Source: a virus
Lineage: Duplodnaviria; Caudoviricetes
Length of the DNA: 64,000 nt
IMG/VR virus record: IMGVR_UViG_3300037602_000037
Strand: one strand, 5' to 3'
Notes under the pieces: generated by a model
What the model was told of the DNA's origin: nothing
Database searches by the model: none
Seen by the model: the letters and a program-made list of their open reading frames with translations, nothing else
In this document: piece after piece, positions 36,304 to 47,345 of the stretch
Position numbering within the stretch: the stretch's first letter is position 1
Layout of the letters: the number at the start of each line of letters is the position of its first letter
Position numbers and translations under genes: made by a program

Positions 36304-39300
36304 TTAAACAGCGTTAGTGGGGTAAACTTTACCAGCGCCCCATATGACCCTTACAGCACCGCTAGTACCTAATCCACTAGGAGCAGCACCACCAGCGCCG
36401 TAACCCGTTGAAGGCGATACATTAGAACCTAGCAGACCGATACCTTCACCAATAAGACCCTGCTGACCGCCTCTACCAAGTCCAGCGGTACCAGTTGATT
36501 CGGTATTAGAATATACTGTAGTATCAACATACGTAGTATTTTCTGTTATGATTTCATCCCAGCGATATGTAGTTTTAATGTACCCAGTTTGGTTAAATCC
36601 TTGGTTATCGGGGTTATTCTCAACACGGTAGGTAAAGGTAGACCACGTTATGTAGGTAGAAGGATATGGTCCAACACCGTACTGGTCACCAGAGTTAACC
36701 GGATTTTCGTTGATTGTTGGGTAACCACCCCCGCCTGAACCGAAGTATTCAGTAGATACCAGGGACTGCACCACATTTGACGTAGTAGTAACGACAGGAG
36801 TAGTTACATTTTCAAATGTATAACTAACACCGTTACCGCCAGCGCTATTGTAGCGACCAGCAGAACCGCCACCTCCGCCGTAACCAGTAATGAAGTTACC
36901 GCCTATACCACCAGCGCCACCGCCATCATGACCTGTTGGGGTACCGCCAGCATTTGTAGTACCACCACTAGCGGATACTAAGTTACCGAAGCTACTAAGA
37001 CCACCAACTGATCCACGACCACCTACTGAAACAGGTATAGTTTGCCCAGGAGTAACAGCTATACTATTTTTGTAGGCAAGTGCACCACCAGAACCAGCTC
37101 TTGAAGCTGTACCATCAGAACCGGCTCCAACAACTACAACGGAAACGCTAAATACGTTATCAGGAACAATAAAATTGTAATTACCGGGCGTGGTATACTC
37201 CGCTACACCAACAGGAGCAGGGAAAGTAAACTCACCAGCCGGAGCATAAGCCGAGTAGGAGGAGTTTCCGTAGCCAGTACCAGTATGCCTTACTCGTGCT
37301 CTATAAAATTCTCCCGAGCTAAGTTCCCCGCCAGATATATCCGTTTTAGCTACGGTAATAGACGTCTTATTGGGAGAATTGTACGCGGAGTATACTAAGG
37401 TGGAGGAAGCTCCACTAATCTTGTAAATCTCCCAGTCACTAGTTGCATGGGTATCCTGAGCACCAGTACCAAATAACCCAAAGGCACTACTACGTAGAAC
37501 TATTTCACTTGGTATCAACCCTGTGTAAGATATAGTAGGAGTTGAAACACCAACAGCGTTAGTAGTAAACACCACAGTAGTCGACCAAGGCGACCATTCA
37601 GTGCTAATACCTTTATGTCTAGCTCTGACGTAGTAAAGAGTATTACTAGACAGTACACCATTCGGCATTGTTATTTGCCTAGGAGTAGACCCAGTAATAG
37701 CTCCAGGATCATAAACGATGTTACTGAAGTTAGATGTAGTTGATACCTGCCACTGTGTAGCGTAATGGGTAACTCCGGGATCCACATTGCTAAACTCAGA
37801 TGTTCTTAACAATGGAGCAACACTATTGTTAACAGACGAGTTAACTGGGTTGATAATAGTCGGAGCACTAGGTACTGAGCTAACGCGGAACTTAGTAGGA
37901 ATTGACCATGGGCCTGGACCTACTATAGCGCCGTAATGTCTTACACGCCAATACAACGTAGCAAAGGCGGTAAGAGCACTAGGCAGCGTGTGCGTTAATA
38001 GATCAGTTACTTCACCTGAATCGTATACAGTAGAAGTAAAGTCTGGAGTAGCAGACACTTGCCACTGTGAACCGTCGTGTGTATCAGGGTTCTCAGAACC
38101 AGTAACAAACGGTGAACTGACCAGAGTAGGAATTAACTTAACGTTGGTTGCGTCGTTAGCGGGTAGCACGTTTGAAGGCTGGTCAACAACTCGGAACACG
38201 GCGGAAGTAGCAAATGCAGTAGGTTCGGACCATTCGGACCAAAAACCAAGGCTATCTTGCATACGTCCACGCCAGTAATACACACGGTTATTTTGTAGAA
38301 GGTCAGAACCCTGTGGGACGGAGTATGAATCACCTACTTCACCTTCAAGTATTTGCGTATGCTGGACTGTACCTCCAGAACCTACTATAAAGGCGTAGTC
38401 ATCAGAAGTATTAAGGGCGATACCCATCATAGTAGCAGTGGAAGCGCCTGCTGGCGGACGAGAAATCCAAGTTTGTCCGCGATTTTCACTAGTTTGAATC
38501 TCGCCGTTAGCACCTACAGCTACCACAGTAGTTCCGCGAAGTTTAACTGCTCGGAAAGCTCCTGTATAACTATCGTCAGCATCACGTGATACCCAAGTAG
38601 AACCGTAGTCTGACGAAGTTTGAATTTCTCCGTCAGTACCGACTGCTACAGCGTATCCGTTATCATCAATTGCAACAGCGTAGAAAGTACCGCTGAACGA
38701 TCCAGCAGGAGTTCTTGATACCCAAGTAACACCGTAGTCAGGAGACGTTTGAATTTCTCCGTCAGTACCAACCGCAATAGCCTTACCATTAGACGTCATT
38801 GACACAGCGTAGAAAGTACCAGTATACGAACCAGCATTAGTAGCGGTTACCCAAATAACACCATTATTAGTTGATGTTAGAATTGTGCCATCGTCACCGA
38901 CTGCAACGCCGTAGTTATCAGCAGCAGCAACACCATACAAATTGTCAGTAAATCCGTCAACACCTGCAGCTTGCACCCAGTTAACACCGTAGTCAACTGT
39001 ATGTTGTATACTTCCACTATCACCGACTGCATAAATACGGTTAGAATAGTTCCAACCCAGTGCATTAATGTCCTTAGTGTCAATTGCAGAAGTTCTCGTA
39101 GTAAACGTCTTACCACCGTTATCAGTAGTAAGAATTACAGCCGCGTCACCTACTAATACGCCCTTTCTATCATCGTACATTAAGGCATCGGTAAAAGCCG
39201 CACTCTGCCCGGACACAGCTTCCCAAGAAATCAAGGGCTCCGTTGACGTATCGATTACTACGTCAAAGAAACGACTATCATTAGATATTTGGAAGTGTGC

Positions 39301-40917
39301 TCCACCTTGGCTTATACCGTACAAGGACAGGAAGTCAGATAGAGTAAGTGTCGGAGTTTGTGATATATTAACTGCCAAATTAGCAGGAGATACGTTTACT
39401 GGTTTATCGACACGTAAGTCATCAGACTGTTCTGGATCAGTATAGAAGGCAAAATACTTTACTTTTTCAACTACTTCAGGATCACCTTCATAAAATACGC
39501 GAACATCAAAGTCCTTACGGTTAACAGGAATGGAGTATAATTCTTCACTCCATTCAGGTTCGTGAGCAACACCTTGAGTGTTAAGTATCTTAGCCTTTAC
39601 CCAAGTGTCAGTACCTGTTTCGCGGTAGTAAACTTGGAATAGACCAGTACCGTAAGCGTCACGGCGTATAAGAACAATGCCTTTATTCCACTTACGTAAT
39701 ACTGAAATACCTTCAGCAATGTAAACTTGGTCGCCCTTTACTTCTGCGTAACCTTCTTTAATATCAAAAGAAGTAGGTCCAATCTTAGCGCCAGCGTCAA
39801 TAGTATATGTAGTTCCAAAAGTAGATGTTATACGCAAAGTTGTACTGCTGGGCTTATTCAAGATAGTTACTTCTTCAACAAGTCCTTCATCAGTAAATAT
39901 AGCATAAGTAGAACCTACTTCAAACGGATAGGAGTTGGGCACGGTAATAGTATCATCACCGGACGTAGTTCCGACTGCCATAGCTTCAAATGAGCGCTGG
40001 TTATAACGAGGATTAGAAACAAAGAAATCCCAAGCGTAACCTTCGTCATTTAATCGCCAGCTTTCCCAAAGTGCGCGTTTAACAAGAGTAGTCTCGGAAG
40101 TATCAGAAGAAAACTCAATATCTAACCAATTATTATCTATACGAGCTTTCAGATTATCAAGAGAAGGCTGTCTCCACCATGAACCCTCAATAGGGTTAAC
40201 TGGTTCGATATCATCAATGTATACTTCGTTACCCCCACCTACTGCTATATAGGCAGTTCCAGACCACATGCGAAGCTTACGATTATCATCGTCAGATGCA
40301 TCTATAAACATCTGAGGGCCAGGTACAGAAGGAATGTTATCGGATAGTACAGGAATACCAATTGGATTATACGTATTGTTTTCTGTATTCCAAATGTAGT
40401 ACGTATTATTATGATGTATTATTGGATCACCTTCCTCGTTAGGAATGTCATCCACATCTTGAACGTCGCCTAAGTTGAAACCACTGTTAAGAATATCAAC
40501 AAAAGCTTGTTTAAGGCTCAAGTTAACAAGTAACCTGGAAGGGTTAAGCGGGTCAATTGACGGACTACCAATAGTTATGGAGCCGTTAGGGGATTGTAAG
40601 GAGACGTTTCCGAATTGACCATTATTAAGATGGTAAGCAAAACCAGCCGCTTTAACCATAGTTTTAGGTTCAACACCGTCAATCTTACCACCGGTGTAAA
40701 GTGAAAGATTACGAAGTTTGAAATCGGTTATGTTTGGAAACTCGAAAGAACCCGACGATTTATTAGTCGGTACTTTTGGTGGTGTAGAAGTGTCGTCACC
40801 AACTCTAAAAGTTTTGGTGTCAATGTCGTAACCAATAACACCTAGGGAAAGTGCTGGGGTCTGCAAAGACGAACCCAGCATAGCAGCTATGTGATATTTA
40901 TATCCGTTCAGAGCCAT
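36304..40917 (-). CDS. large tail protein with beta-propeller (BNR-like) repeats, FN3-like domains and Gly-rich tip
   Basis: AVGxDGEIQTSxDYGxTW repeats; YWRxR...WSxP FN3 motifs. Confidence 0.8.
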   Translation of the reverse strand: MALNGYKYHIAAMLGSSLQTPALSLGVIGYDIDTKTFRVGDDTSTPPKVPTNKSSGSFEFPNITDFKLRNLSLYTGGKIDGVEPKTMVKAAGFAYHLNNGQFGNVSLQSPNGSITIGSPSIDPLNPSRLLVNLSLKQAFVDILNSGFNLGDVQDVDDIPNEEGDPIIHHNNTYYIWNTENNTYNPIGIPVLSDNIPSVPGPQMFIDASDDDNRKLRMWSGTAYIAVGGGNEVYIDDIEPVNPIEGSWWRQPSLDNLKARIDNNWLDIEFSSDTSETTLVKRALWESWRLNDEGYAWDFFVSNPRYNQRSFEAMAVGTTSGDDTITVPNSYPFEVGSTYAIFTDEGLVEEVTILNKPSSTTLRITSTFGTTYTIDAGAKIGPTSFDIKEGYAEVKGDQVYIAEGISVLRKWNKGIVLIRRDAYGTGLFQVYYRETGTDTWVKAKILNTQGVAHEPEWSEELYSIPVNRKDFDVRVFYEGDPEVVEKVKYFAFYTDPEQSDDLRVDKPVNVSPANLAVNISQTPTLTLSDFLSLYGISQGGAHFQISNDSRFFDVVIDTSTEPLISWEAVSGQSAAFTDALMYDDRKGVLVGDAAVILTTDNGGKTFTTRTSAIDTKDINALGWNYSNRIYAVGDSGSIQHTVDYGVNWVQAAGVDGFTDNLYGVAAADNYGVAVGDDGTILTSTNNGVIWVTATNAGSYTGTFYAVSMTSNGKAIAVGTDGEIQTSPDYGVTWVSRTPAGSFSGTFYAVAIDDNGYAVAVGTDGEIQTSSDYGSTWVSRDADDSYTGAFRAVKLRGTTVVAVGANGEIQTSENRGQTWISRPPAGASTATMMGIALNTSDDYAFIVGSGGTVQHTQILEGEVGDSYSVPQGSDLLQNNRVYYWRGRMQDSLGFWSEWSEPTAFATSAVFRVVDQPSNVLPANDATNVKLIPTLVSSPFVTGSENPDTHDGSQWQVSATPDFTSTVYDSGEVTDLLTHTLPSALTAFATLYWRVRHYGAIVGPGPWSIPTKFRVSSVPSAPTIINPVNSSVNNSVAPLLRTSEFSNVDPGVTHYATQWQVSTTSNFSNIVYDPGAITGSTPRQITMPNGVLSSNTLYYVRARHKGISTEWSPWSTTVVFTTNAVGVSTPTISYTGLIPSEIVLRSSAFGLFGTGAQDTHATSDWEIYKISGASSTLVYSAYNSPNKTSITVAKTDISGGELSSGEFYRARVRHTGTGYGNSSYSAYAPAGEFTFPAPVGVAEYTTPGNYNFIVPDNVFSVSVVVVGAGSDGTASRAGSGGALAYKNSIAVTPGQTIPVSVGGRGSVGGLSSFGNLVSASGGTTNAGGTPTGHDGGGAGGIGGNFITGYGGGGGSAGRYNSAGGNGVSYTFENVTTPVVTTTSNVVQSLVSTEYFGSGGGGYPTINENPVNSGDQYGVGPYPSTYITWSTFTYRVENNPDNQGFNQTGYIKTTYRWDEIITENTTYVDTTVYSNTESTGTAGLGRGGQQGLIGEGIGLLGSNVSPSTGYGAGGAAPSGLGTSGAVRVIWGAGKVYPTNAV

Positions 40918-40932
40918 AAGTAAACTACCTTA

Positions 40933-42117
40933 TTAAGTTGTTGGGTTAATGAAGTACGCGGCGTATTTCAATACGCTACCATCTACATCAACAAGGTCTG
41001 GTATTTCGACTTCAAAGCCAGTAGAGTCTAGTCCTGTAACCGAAGGTGTTCCATCCGTAGGATTAACTATACTCACTTTATTAGGGGTAACGACTGTATT
41101 GTTCAATTGAACAGTCTGTACGTCAGAATCATCTATAATGAACACTCTACCTTCTTGGTATAAGTCCGATACTAAAACATTCTCAGCTTGCTTAGACCTT
41201 TTCTCATAAGTAATAGCAGTAGAACCTTTGTTAACCTGCAAGGCACCAATTTTCCAGTTAATAGGATCTTCAGAGCCTGAACTCGGTTCACTTAGTACGT
41301 CTATAGCCCACCAAGTAGGAGTACCTGCAGGCATAAAGACAGGTATTTCTGCTCTAGCCCAATCTCCGGTACCAGTTATCTGAGCTGTTAAGATATTACT
41401 ATTTGTGGATGATAGTATCTTAACGTTACTTACTTCATCTTCAGGTGCTTTGTAGTCGAAACTCACAACAATCTGGCTAGATACTACGAAATTATAGTCG
41501 AAGAAGAAGGTACGTACCCCACAATCATCACTAAAGTTACTTGCTGTAACTGATAAAACTCGGTCCATAGAACCTACTGTAGTATCAACATCAATTTCAT
41601 CGAATTGAACAGATAGACTTCCATTACTGGTATCGGTACACCAAATTAACCAGTTAGGAGCGAATAGATGGATATTATCTGTGCCAGGATCTGTTTGGAA
41701 AGTTACCTTATGATCAACATTTCTTTTAATGGAGAAATTACCATTAACAGCAAGGTTTCTAGTAGTAGCTACCGTTGTAACTTCCTCAGGAACTAAATTA
41801 ATCTTTGACCCATTTATACCTAATGAAGCAATAACAGCTCCAGATATCCTATGTTTAATATCAAGTTGGTCTTGATTACTCCAATCTAAAACTAGATTGT
41901 TTACGTCCCCATTAATTTTCTCTCTACCCGTAAGATACTCATTAGTACCAATAATTGTTAACTCGTCGTCCACTTCTGGTAAAAACTGAAATTTTACACC
42001 ATCAGATATTACACTAATGCCAAGTCTACGGCGTTCGTCATCGTAAAATAATTCACCTTCTAACACCAAATCATCAACTTCTTGTGGGTTATACCTTCTA
42101 ACTTGTACCCTATACAT
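40933..42117 (-). CDS. tail/baseplate-associated protein with possible carbohydrate-binding domain
   Basis: GELFYD N-terminal motif; NLAVNGNF. Confidence 0.55.
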   Translation of the reverse strand: MYRVQVRRYNPQEVDDLVLEGELFYDDERRRLGISVISDGVKFQFLPEVDDELTIIGTNEYLTGREKINGDVNNLVLDWSNQDQLDIKHRISGAVIASLGINGSKINLVPEEVTTVATTRNLAVNGNFSIKRNVDHKVTFQTDPGTDNIHLFAPNWLIWCTDTSNGSLSVQFDEIDVDTTVGSMDRVLSVTASNFSDDCGVRTFFFDYNFVVSSQIVVSFDYKAPEDEVSNVKILSSTNSNILTAQITGTGDWARAEIPVFMPAGTPTWWAIDVLSEPSSGSEDPINWKIGALQVNKGSTAITYEKRSKQAENVLVSDLYQEGRVFIIDDSDVQTVQLNNTVVTPNKVSIVNPTDGTPSVTGLDSTGFEVEIPDLVDVDGSVLKYAAYFINPTT

Positions 42118-42953
42118 TATTCATCTCCTGGGTAATTAATTCCACCGATAACAAAATCAGTGTTACTAAATTCATGTTCGTAGGATGCGCCACCAATTGT
42201 ACCAGCGTATTCACTGGGGTCAGAAGTGTAAAAACCTCCAGAAATTATAGGAGTAGGATCTGGTTTATATCCATCCCCTGAATTACCACCGTCAATAATA
42301 CCGAACTTAGGGCTTCTAAAGTTTTGGGTCATAGGCATACCCCAGTAAGACCCATCGGCTTTCTTTGAAACCATAACAGGGGAACCAGTACGGGAGTCTA
42401 AGTTAACCATGAATTGGTTATAGGGGTTCAACTCTGTGGCTGGAACATTAGCTTCCGTATCGTAGAAGGCCAAGCTAGAAAACTCTGGCGATACCACATT
42501 TATACTCAATGTTTCGCCGAATATAGAATGTTTGACTTCCACGTTCACAATAAAACGGGTACCAGGAGTAGGTGGCTCTAATGAATTTTCAATGTTAGGT
42601 TCACTACGTTTCTTTTCAATAAGAAAAGGAAATGCAACTAAAATAAACGGAATTTTAACCCCGTCTAGATTAGTACCATACACCAAAATATTACCCATAT
42701 TGAAGTTACCTGCACTTTCTGGTATAACAAGAGAATGCCTTACAGTATCTTCTTCAATTTGTTTAGACGCAACTAAACCGCTAAGCCCGGTAAATACCTT
42801 AGTACCGCGTAATCCGGTATCAGCGGAAGAAGGTATAAACCCAGCTACGTTACCAATTTCAAATGAATGAACTGACACAGCGCTAAATCCGGTTAACGCG
42901 CCAGAAATCAATGATTTACCAGTATGCAAAAATGATGCTAAAATATCAGCCAT
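42117..42953 (-). CDS. baseplate/tail fibre attachment protein
   Basis: Paralogue of 43016-43642; position in operon. Confidence 0.55.
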   Translation of the reverse strand: MADILASFLHTGKSLISGALTGFSAVSVHSFEIGNVAGFIPSSADTGLRGTKVFTGLSGLVASKQIEEDTVRHSLVIPESAGNFNMGNILVYGTNLDGVKIPFILVAFPFLIEKKRSEPNIENSLEPPTPGTRFIVNVEVKHSIFGETLSINVVSPEFSSLAFYDTEANVPATELNPYNQFMVNLDSRTGSPVMVSKKADGSYWGMPMTQNFRSPKFGIIDGGNSGDGYKPDPTPIISGGFYTSDPSEYAGTIGGASYEHEFSNTDFVIGGINYPGDE

Positions 42954-43015
42954 TTTCTACCTCTTTTAATTTAAACAGAATTAGAGAATAGGTTTGTAGA
43001 TTTTACCAAAGTATA

Positions 43016-43642
43016 CTATTCTTCTGGTATTCCCATATTATCGAAATCGTATACGAACGGGGAACCCCAAAACATTCTTCCAGACTGAACTACAAAAGCG
43101 GGAGTTTTTGAACGACCGTCTCGTTCTATAAATATTTGATCAGCATCCTCTTGCCAAGGCCATCTAGTTAATGCGTCATCTGTTTCAAATCTAGCGAAGG
43201 TAGCAACATCTTCAGACAGGTTTGATAAATCAAATCTATCCAATAGATTAGGTATATTGAGAATTAAGCGGAACACCATAATTGAACCCGCTGTAGAAGA
43301 ACTGCTTTTGTACTTTGGTATTGTTCTATAGTTGTTTATTCCACCTATCAATGGAACTTCATCATTAGCGTATATAACAATATTACCTACTTGAATTTCA
43401 TCGGCAGTTCTTGGAACTTCTAGTTTAAGTAATATTTCAGAGTCGTGTCTGGGAGTGTACTTAATTTGAGATTCCGCTCCGGTATAGACTGTATCTCCTA
43501 TTGGTATAGTAGAAGCACGCGGCATAACTTCACCAATAGCATTACCTAACTTAAAAGAAGTTATCTGTATTGGATCTTCTTCATCGAGAGCTTGCAAGTT
43601 AAGCAGCTGAGCTCCAGTATCTAGTAAAACTATATGTTCCAT
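43016..43642 (-). CDS. baseplate/tail fibre attachment protein
   Basis: ITSFKLGN..VYTG..GNIVIYA; paralogue of neighbour. Confidence 0.55.
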   Translation of the reverse strand: MEHIVLLDTGAQLLNLQALDEEDPIQITSFKLGNAIGEVMPRASTIPIGDTVYTGAESQIKYTPRHDSEILLKLEVPRTADEIQVGNIVIYANDEVPLIGGINNYRTIPKYKSSSSTAGSIMVFRLILNIPNLLDRFDLSNLSEDVATFARFETDDALTRWPWQEDADQIFIERDGRSKTPAFVVQSGRMFWGSPFVYDFDNMGIPEE

Positions 43643-44574
43643 TATAAGTTCCTTGGGTCAAGTTCTTCAAGACTATTATCTAGTAAAAGCACTCCAGCAA
43701 TATTTGAATCTAGTCCGACTGTGGGTGCAGATAACGATGCTTCAAGAAAAATGTTGGGTGTCCACGTGTAGTTCATTCCAATATTTGGGTCTATATGTCC
43801 TATAACTCCCGCACCTACTTCAATCTCTGCGGTAGCTGCTCCTATTATTCTCTCAAGCACTAAGTGTATAGGAGCAAGTAAATAGAACATACGAATTAGA
43901 TCACTAAGATCAGCGTTAGGACTAAATATTACATCGTATTCTATTTCAACATGCGAAGTTGGGTAGTGAGAACCACCTTCCCATACTGGAGTAAATTCAT
44001 CTTGCAGCTGTTCTAATATTTTGTGGTAGTTAAAAGCAGGATTACTACTAGTAGCGTTATCACCTAGATCTACTGTCCATAACTGACGCATTTGGAGTCG
44101 CAAGTTTTTTACAAATCCAATAAAGTGTACAAATTCAGGTGTACCACTTTTAGGCCAGTAAGTAGAGACATAGTCAAATACTCTAGCGTAATCTTCATCA
44201 GTTAATTTTTCTGAGTAGTAGTCAAAACCCTGTAAAACCGAACCGTCAATAAGAGTTTTGCGAGATTGCAAAGCCCGGCGTCTTTGAGTTATGATAGTGT
44301 TATCGTCTAATTGAACGGTTATATCATCTTTAGGTTCCCCGTTTTCCATAACTCTTTCAACATGAGCTACCTTACCGTAACCATTATTTGTGTTAATGTA
44401 ATCCCCGCGTTTTATGTGAGTACTAGAGCGACTACGTACTAACTGGGATAACGGTTCTCCAACATGTTTATCAATCTTTTCAGCTATTACTTCAAACAGA
44501 GCTACGTAGTACTCATTTTCACGTAAGTTTTCATTTAAGTACCGTATGTAATCAGGTTTATTCTTTTTTCGCAT
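43642..44574 (-). CDS. baseplate wedge protein
   Basis: YWPKSGT..., APIHLVL; follows the J-like wedge gene. Confidence 0.6.
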   Translation of the reverse strand: MRKKNKPDYIRYLNENLRENEYYVALFEVIAEKIDKHVGEPLSQLVRSRSSTHIKRGDYINTNNGYGKVAHVERVMENGEPKDDITVQLDDNTIITQRRRALQSRKTLIDGSVLQGFDYYSEKLTDEDYARVFDYVSTYWPKSGTPEFVHFIGFVKNLRLQMRQLWTVDLGDNATSSNPAFNYHKILEQLQDEFTPVWEGGSHYPTSHVEIEYDVIFSPNADLSDLIRMFYLLAPIHLVLERIIGAATAEIEVGAGVIGHIDPNIGMNYTWTPNIFLEASLSAPTVGLDSNIAGVLLLDNSLEELDPRNL

Positions 44575-46238
44575 TACAGTATCACTCCCGTGGATATATC
44601 CCTGCGTTGTAATACTCGTCTAGTAGTATAATTCATATTTAGAATTACTTTATTAATCTTTATGAAGTACCAATAGTCAGCTATTATATCACCGTTAGTT
44701 CGTATTCCGTAAAGACTGGTATCCAGTAAGCTAGTATTAAATCCTATATCGTAGGATAATACTACATTGTCCACATAGGACACCGCATTTTGAGTGTTAG
44801 TATCAGATAATGATCCTTCTAACATAGCATATATGTCTGAGTTGTATAAGGAATAACCAATACTACCTTGCTTGGGGTTGTTAAAGTCTAAAATAGAATT
44901 GATTATTTTAGGTTTGACTGTAGTTAAATCAGTATTTTCATTGCAGTAAACATTTGCTTCAATATTTACAGGAACTATTAAAGGGTCTTTACGCAGCAAT
45001 GTTACTTGGTAAATAGCATTAGCGTTCATGTAATTTGAAAATTCAGTCCATTCATTCTCAGTTAGAGATTTACTTTCGGACGTTAGCACAGTAGCTTCTA
45101 CCACGTTTATCCAATTGCGCTTATTAGGTGCTATCTCGGCCTGCCCACGAAATAAAGCATCCCGTATTTTAGGGTACTGTAGAGCTACAGTTACGTAAGA
45201 TGATCTAGTAACAGCAACTTCGTTTGATGCTCTAATCTGAGCGCCAACATTTTGGTAAGTTTCTAGAGGCAGTTCATCGTCAAAACCATAAATACCACTT
45301 AAAACATAACCGTTAACATCTAACGGCAAACTGTTATTGGTAAATTCAGATATAGTGTTAATAGAAGGTGTCGCGTTACCTAAAGTTTCAGCCCAAATTA
45401 TTTTAATTTCATCGTCTTTATCCGGGCGTTTACCATATGCATTATTACCAAATTGTACTAGCACATTGCCTGTATCAAGAGTTTTAGAAATGAAAACCTT
45501 TTCATTTTTACCAACCATCCAAGGTCTAAGTGATTTATTATTACTCCACTCTATATCATTTACATATACGTACACGTCTTCATCAGATATGTTGTAATTT
45601 TCATACCCAATTTCTACTTTTTCATACGGGATACCTTCCGCCGTACCTTCCATAGTGAAGATATTACCCTGTACCAGTTCCACATCTTTATACGTTTCAT
45701 AAACGGTAAACACAATATCTTTTCTGTTGAAAAAATTAGTTCCATCTATAACAAACGATGTAAAGGCTGGTATAGTAAAAGGATTATCATGATCCGGTAT
45801 GGATAACCGTACTTTAATTTTAGCTGGTACTTTCCTACGCAGCGGAACCCCTAGAAAATTCATAGCGGCGTAAACAGTTTCTTTAGAAGAACCAGGTAGC
45901 ATGAACGCATTTTGGTTAGCCCTAACCATGCCGTAGTTTAAGTGCGCAATACCGGCGGCAATATTACGCATAAGAGTTTGACCTACAGCAGTTTGGGAGG
46001 TATCAGACCAAGCTGTATTGCTTTGAAGAGATTGCATGAACTGTAGAAGAATACCAGGGAAATCAATGATTTCGCTGTTTAATGTCAATTCATCGGGAAT
46101 TGTATCTACAAAAGCTTGCTGCAACACAGTTTCTAATTCAGAACGATTGACATAGTTAAATACTTGAGGTGCTTGAACCGCCACATGGTCAAGCGCCGAT
46201 TTTATCATAACATTTACTGTATGTAAGTTATCAGTCAT
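44574..46238 (-). CDS. baseplate wedge protein (gp6/J-like)
   Basis: VQFGNNAYGKRP, AVTRSSY motifs. Confidence 0.8.
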   Translation of the reverse strand: MTDNLHTVNVMIKSALDHVAVQAPQVFNYVNRSELETVLQQAFVDTIPDELTLNSEIIDFPGILLQFMQSLQSNTAWSDTSQTAVGQTLMRNIAAGIAHLNYGMVRANQNAFMLPGSSKETVYAAMNFLGVPLRRKVPAKIKVRLSIPDHDNPFTIPAFTSFVIDGTNFFNRKDIVFTVYETYKDVELVQGNIFTMEGTAEGIPYEKVEIGYENYNISDEDVYVYVNDIEWSNNKSLRPWMVGKNEKVFISKTLDTGNVLVQFGNNAYGKRPDKDDEIKIIWAETLGNATPSINTISEFTNNSLPLDVNGYVLSGIYGFDDELPLETYQNVGAQIRASNEVAVTRSSYVTVALQYPKIRDALFRGQAEIAPNKRNWINVVEATVLTSESKSLTENEWTEFSNYMNANAIYQVTLLRKDPLIVPVNIEANVYCNENTDLTTVKPKIINSILDFNNPKQGSIGYSLYNSDIYAMLEGSLSDTNTQNAVSYVDNVVLSYDIGFNTSLLDTSLYGIRTNGDIIADYWYFIKINKVILNMNYTTRRVLQRRDISTGVIL

Positions 46239-46240
46239 GC

Positions 46241-46675
46241 TTACGCTCCGAATTCAAATGAGTAAACTTTTAAGGTAGAATCGGTTATTTTTAGATAAGG
46301 TAAAGTTGCTAAATAGAAATCCGAGTCAACATATGGCGTTATTCTTGGGTTAATTAAAAGGATTTTATTACCTAACCATTTACGAATTGCTAATATAACA
46401 TCCGTTTCCATTAAATAGGCTGTTAAATCACCTATGGGGTCCATTAGTCTAAATGGTAGATTGGAACCATATGTAGGTTCAAAATCTTCTGTACCAATAG
46501 GAGTTGATAGTAAATGTCGTATTTGCTTACGTAAAGCTTCGTCGTCCTCTACCAAAATATTATTGTTATTCAGAAGAGCGTAGTCAGGGTTAACGTCTCT
46601 GATTATAACAGATTTTGCTAAAGTTGCAGATTTTACATTAGGTCTTGATTGATGTACCCAATCATTATAAGCCAT
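46241..46675 (-). CDS. baseplate gp25-like protein
   Basis: LLSTPIGTEDFEPTYGSNL. Confidence 0.85.
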   Translation of the reverse strand: MAYNDWVHQSRPNVKSATLAKSVIIRDVNPDYALLNNNNILVEDDEALRKQIRHLLSTPIGTEDFEPTYGSNLPFRLMDPIGDLTAYLMETDVILAIRKWLGNKILLINPRITPYVDSDFYLATLPYLKITDSTLKVYSFEFGA

Positions 46676-46677
46676 AC

Positions 46678-47343
46678 TTACGCTCCGGTTTTACCTTCTT
46701 GGGAAGGTATCTGAGGTCTGGGTCTTTCCGTGGTGCTAGTAGCTTGTGCTCCACCGTTTATATTAACGTTGGCTCCATCTATATTGCAATCACCTTTAGC
46801 TACTATATTTATGTTACCTTGAGCACCAAGATTAAAATCAGCGGCTGAAGCAATACTAATTGTGCCATTAGCATCAATATGTATTGTAGTGCCAGATTTA
46901 TGTATATCGGTTTTAGTGTTCTTTTCTACGTTTACTGAACTTCTATTACCAGCTGCGTCAACAGTACCACGCGTATGGGGATAATCTTCTTTTAGAAGTT
47001 CATTATCTTTGCTAACGTCATCAGTAGAAGGTGACCCAGAATATCTAGGATTATGGGGATCGTTTTCGTCAAAACGAACGTATAGCTTACTACCAATAGG
47101 TGGTATATTAACTCCTCCAACACCCGCACCAGCATTACTATAGCTGTTAAATGTTACGTCAGGAATACTCCAAGGTAAGTCTTCATCAGAAATATTTCTG
47201 TGTAGCATAGGTATACGTATTTGAACTCGTTGACGTTGTTTTTTATCATCTTCATCCACATTATTAACCACAAAGCCAACCATATTATTTGATTTGACTT
47301 GGGGTCTAGTAAAATCCGTTAGTGGATTACCCATCATAGGCAT
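46678..47343 (-). CDS. baseplate central spike (gp5/gpV OB-fold)
   Basis: RVQIRIP..LPW..PPIGSKLYVRF; HKSGTTIHID. Confidence 0.85.
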   Translation of the reverse strand: MPMMGNPLTDFTRPQVKSNNMVGFVVNNVDEDDKKQRQRVQIRIPMLHRNISDEDLPWSIPDVTFNSYSNAGAGVGGVNIPPIGSKLYVRFDENDPHNPRYSGSPSTDDVSKDNELLKEDYPHTRGTVDAAGNRSSVNVEKNTKTDIHKSGTTIHIDANGTISIASAADFNLGAQGNINIVAKGDCNIDGANVNINGGAQATSTTERPRPQIPSQEGKTGA

Positions 47344-47345
47344 AG

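Noticed and set aside
38400-39150. DNA repeats such as TTTGAATTTCTCCGTCAGTACC
   Set aside because: They are explained by beta-propeller protein repeats; not a CRISPR array or DGR, and no reverse transcriptase is present.
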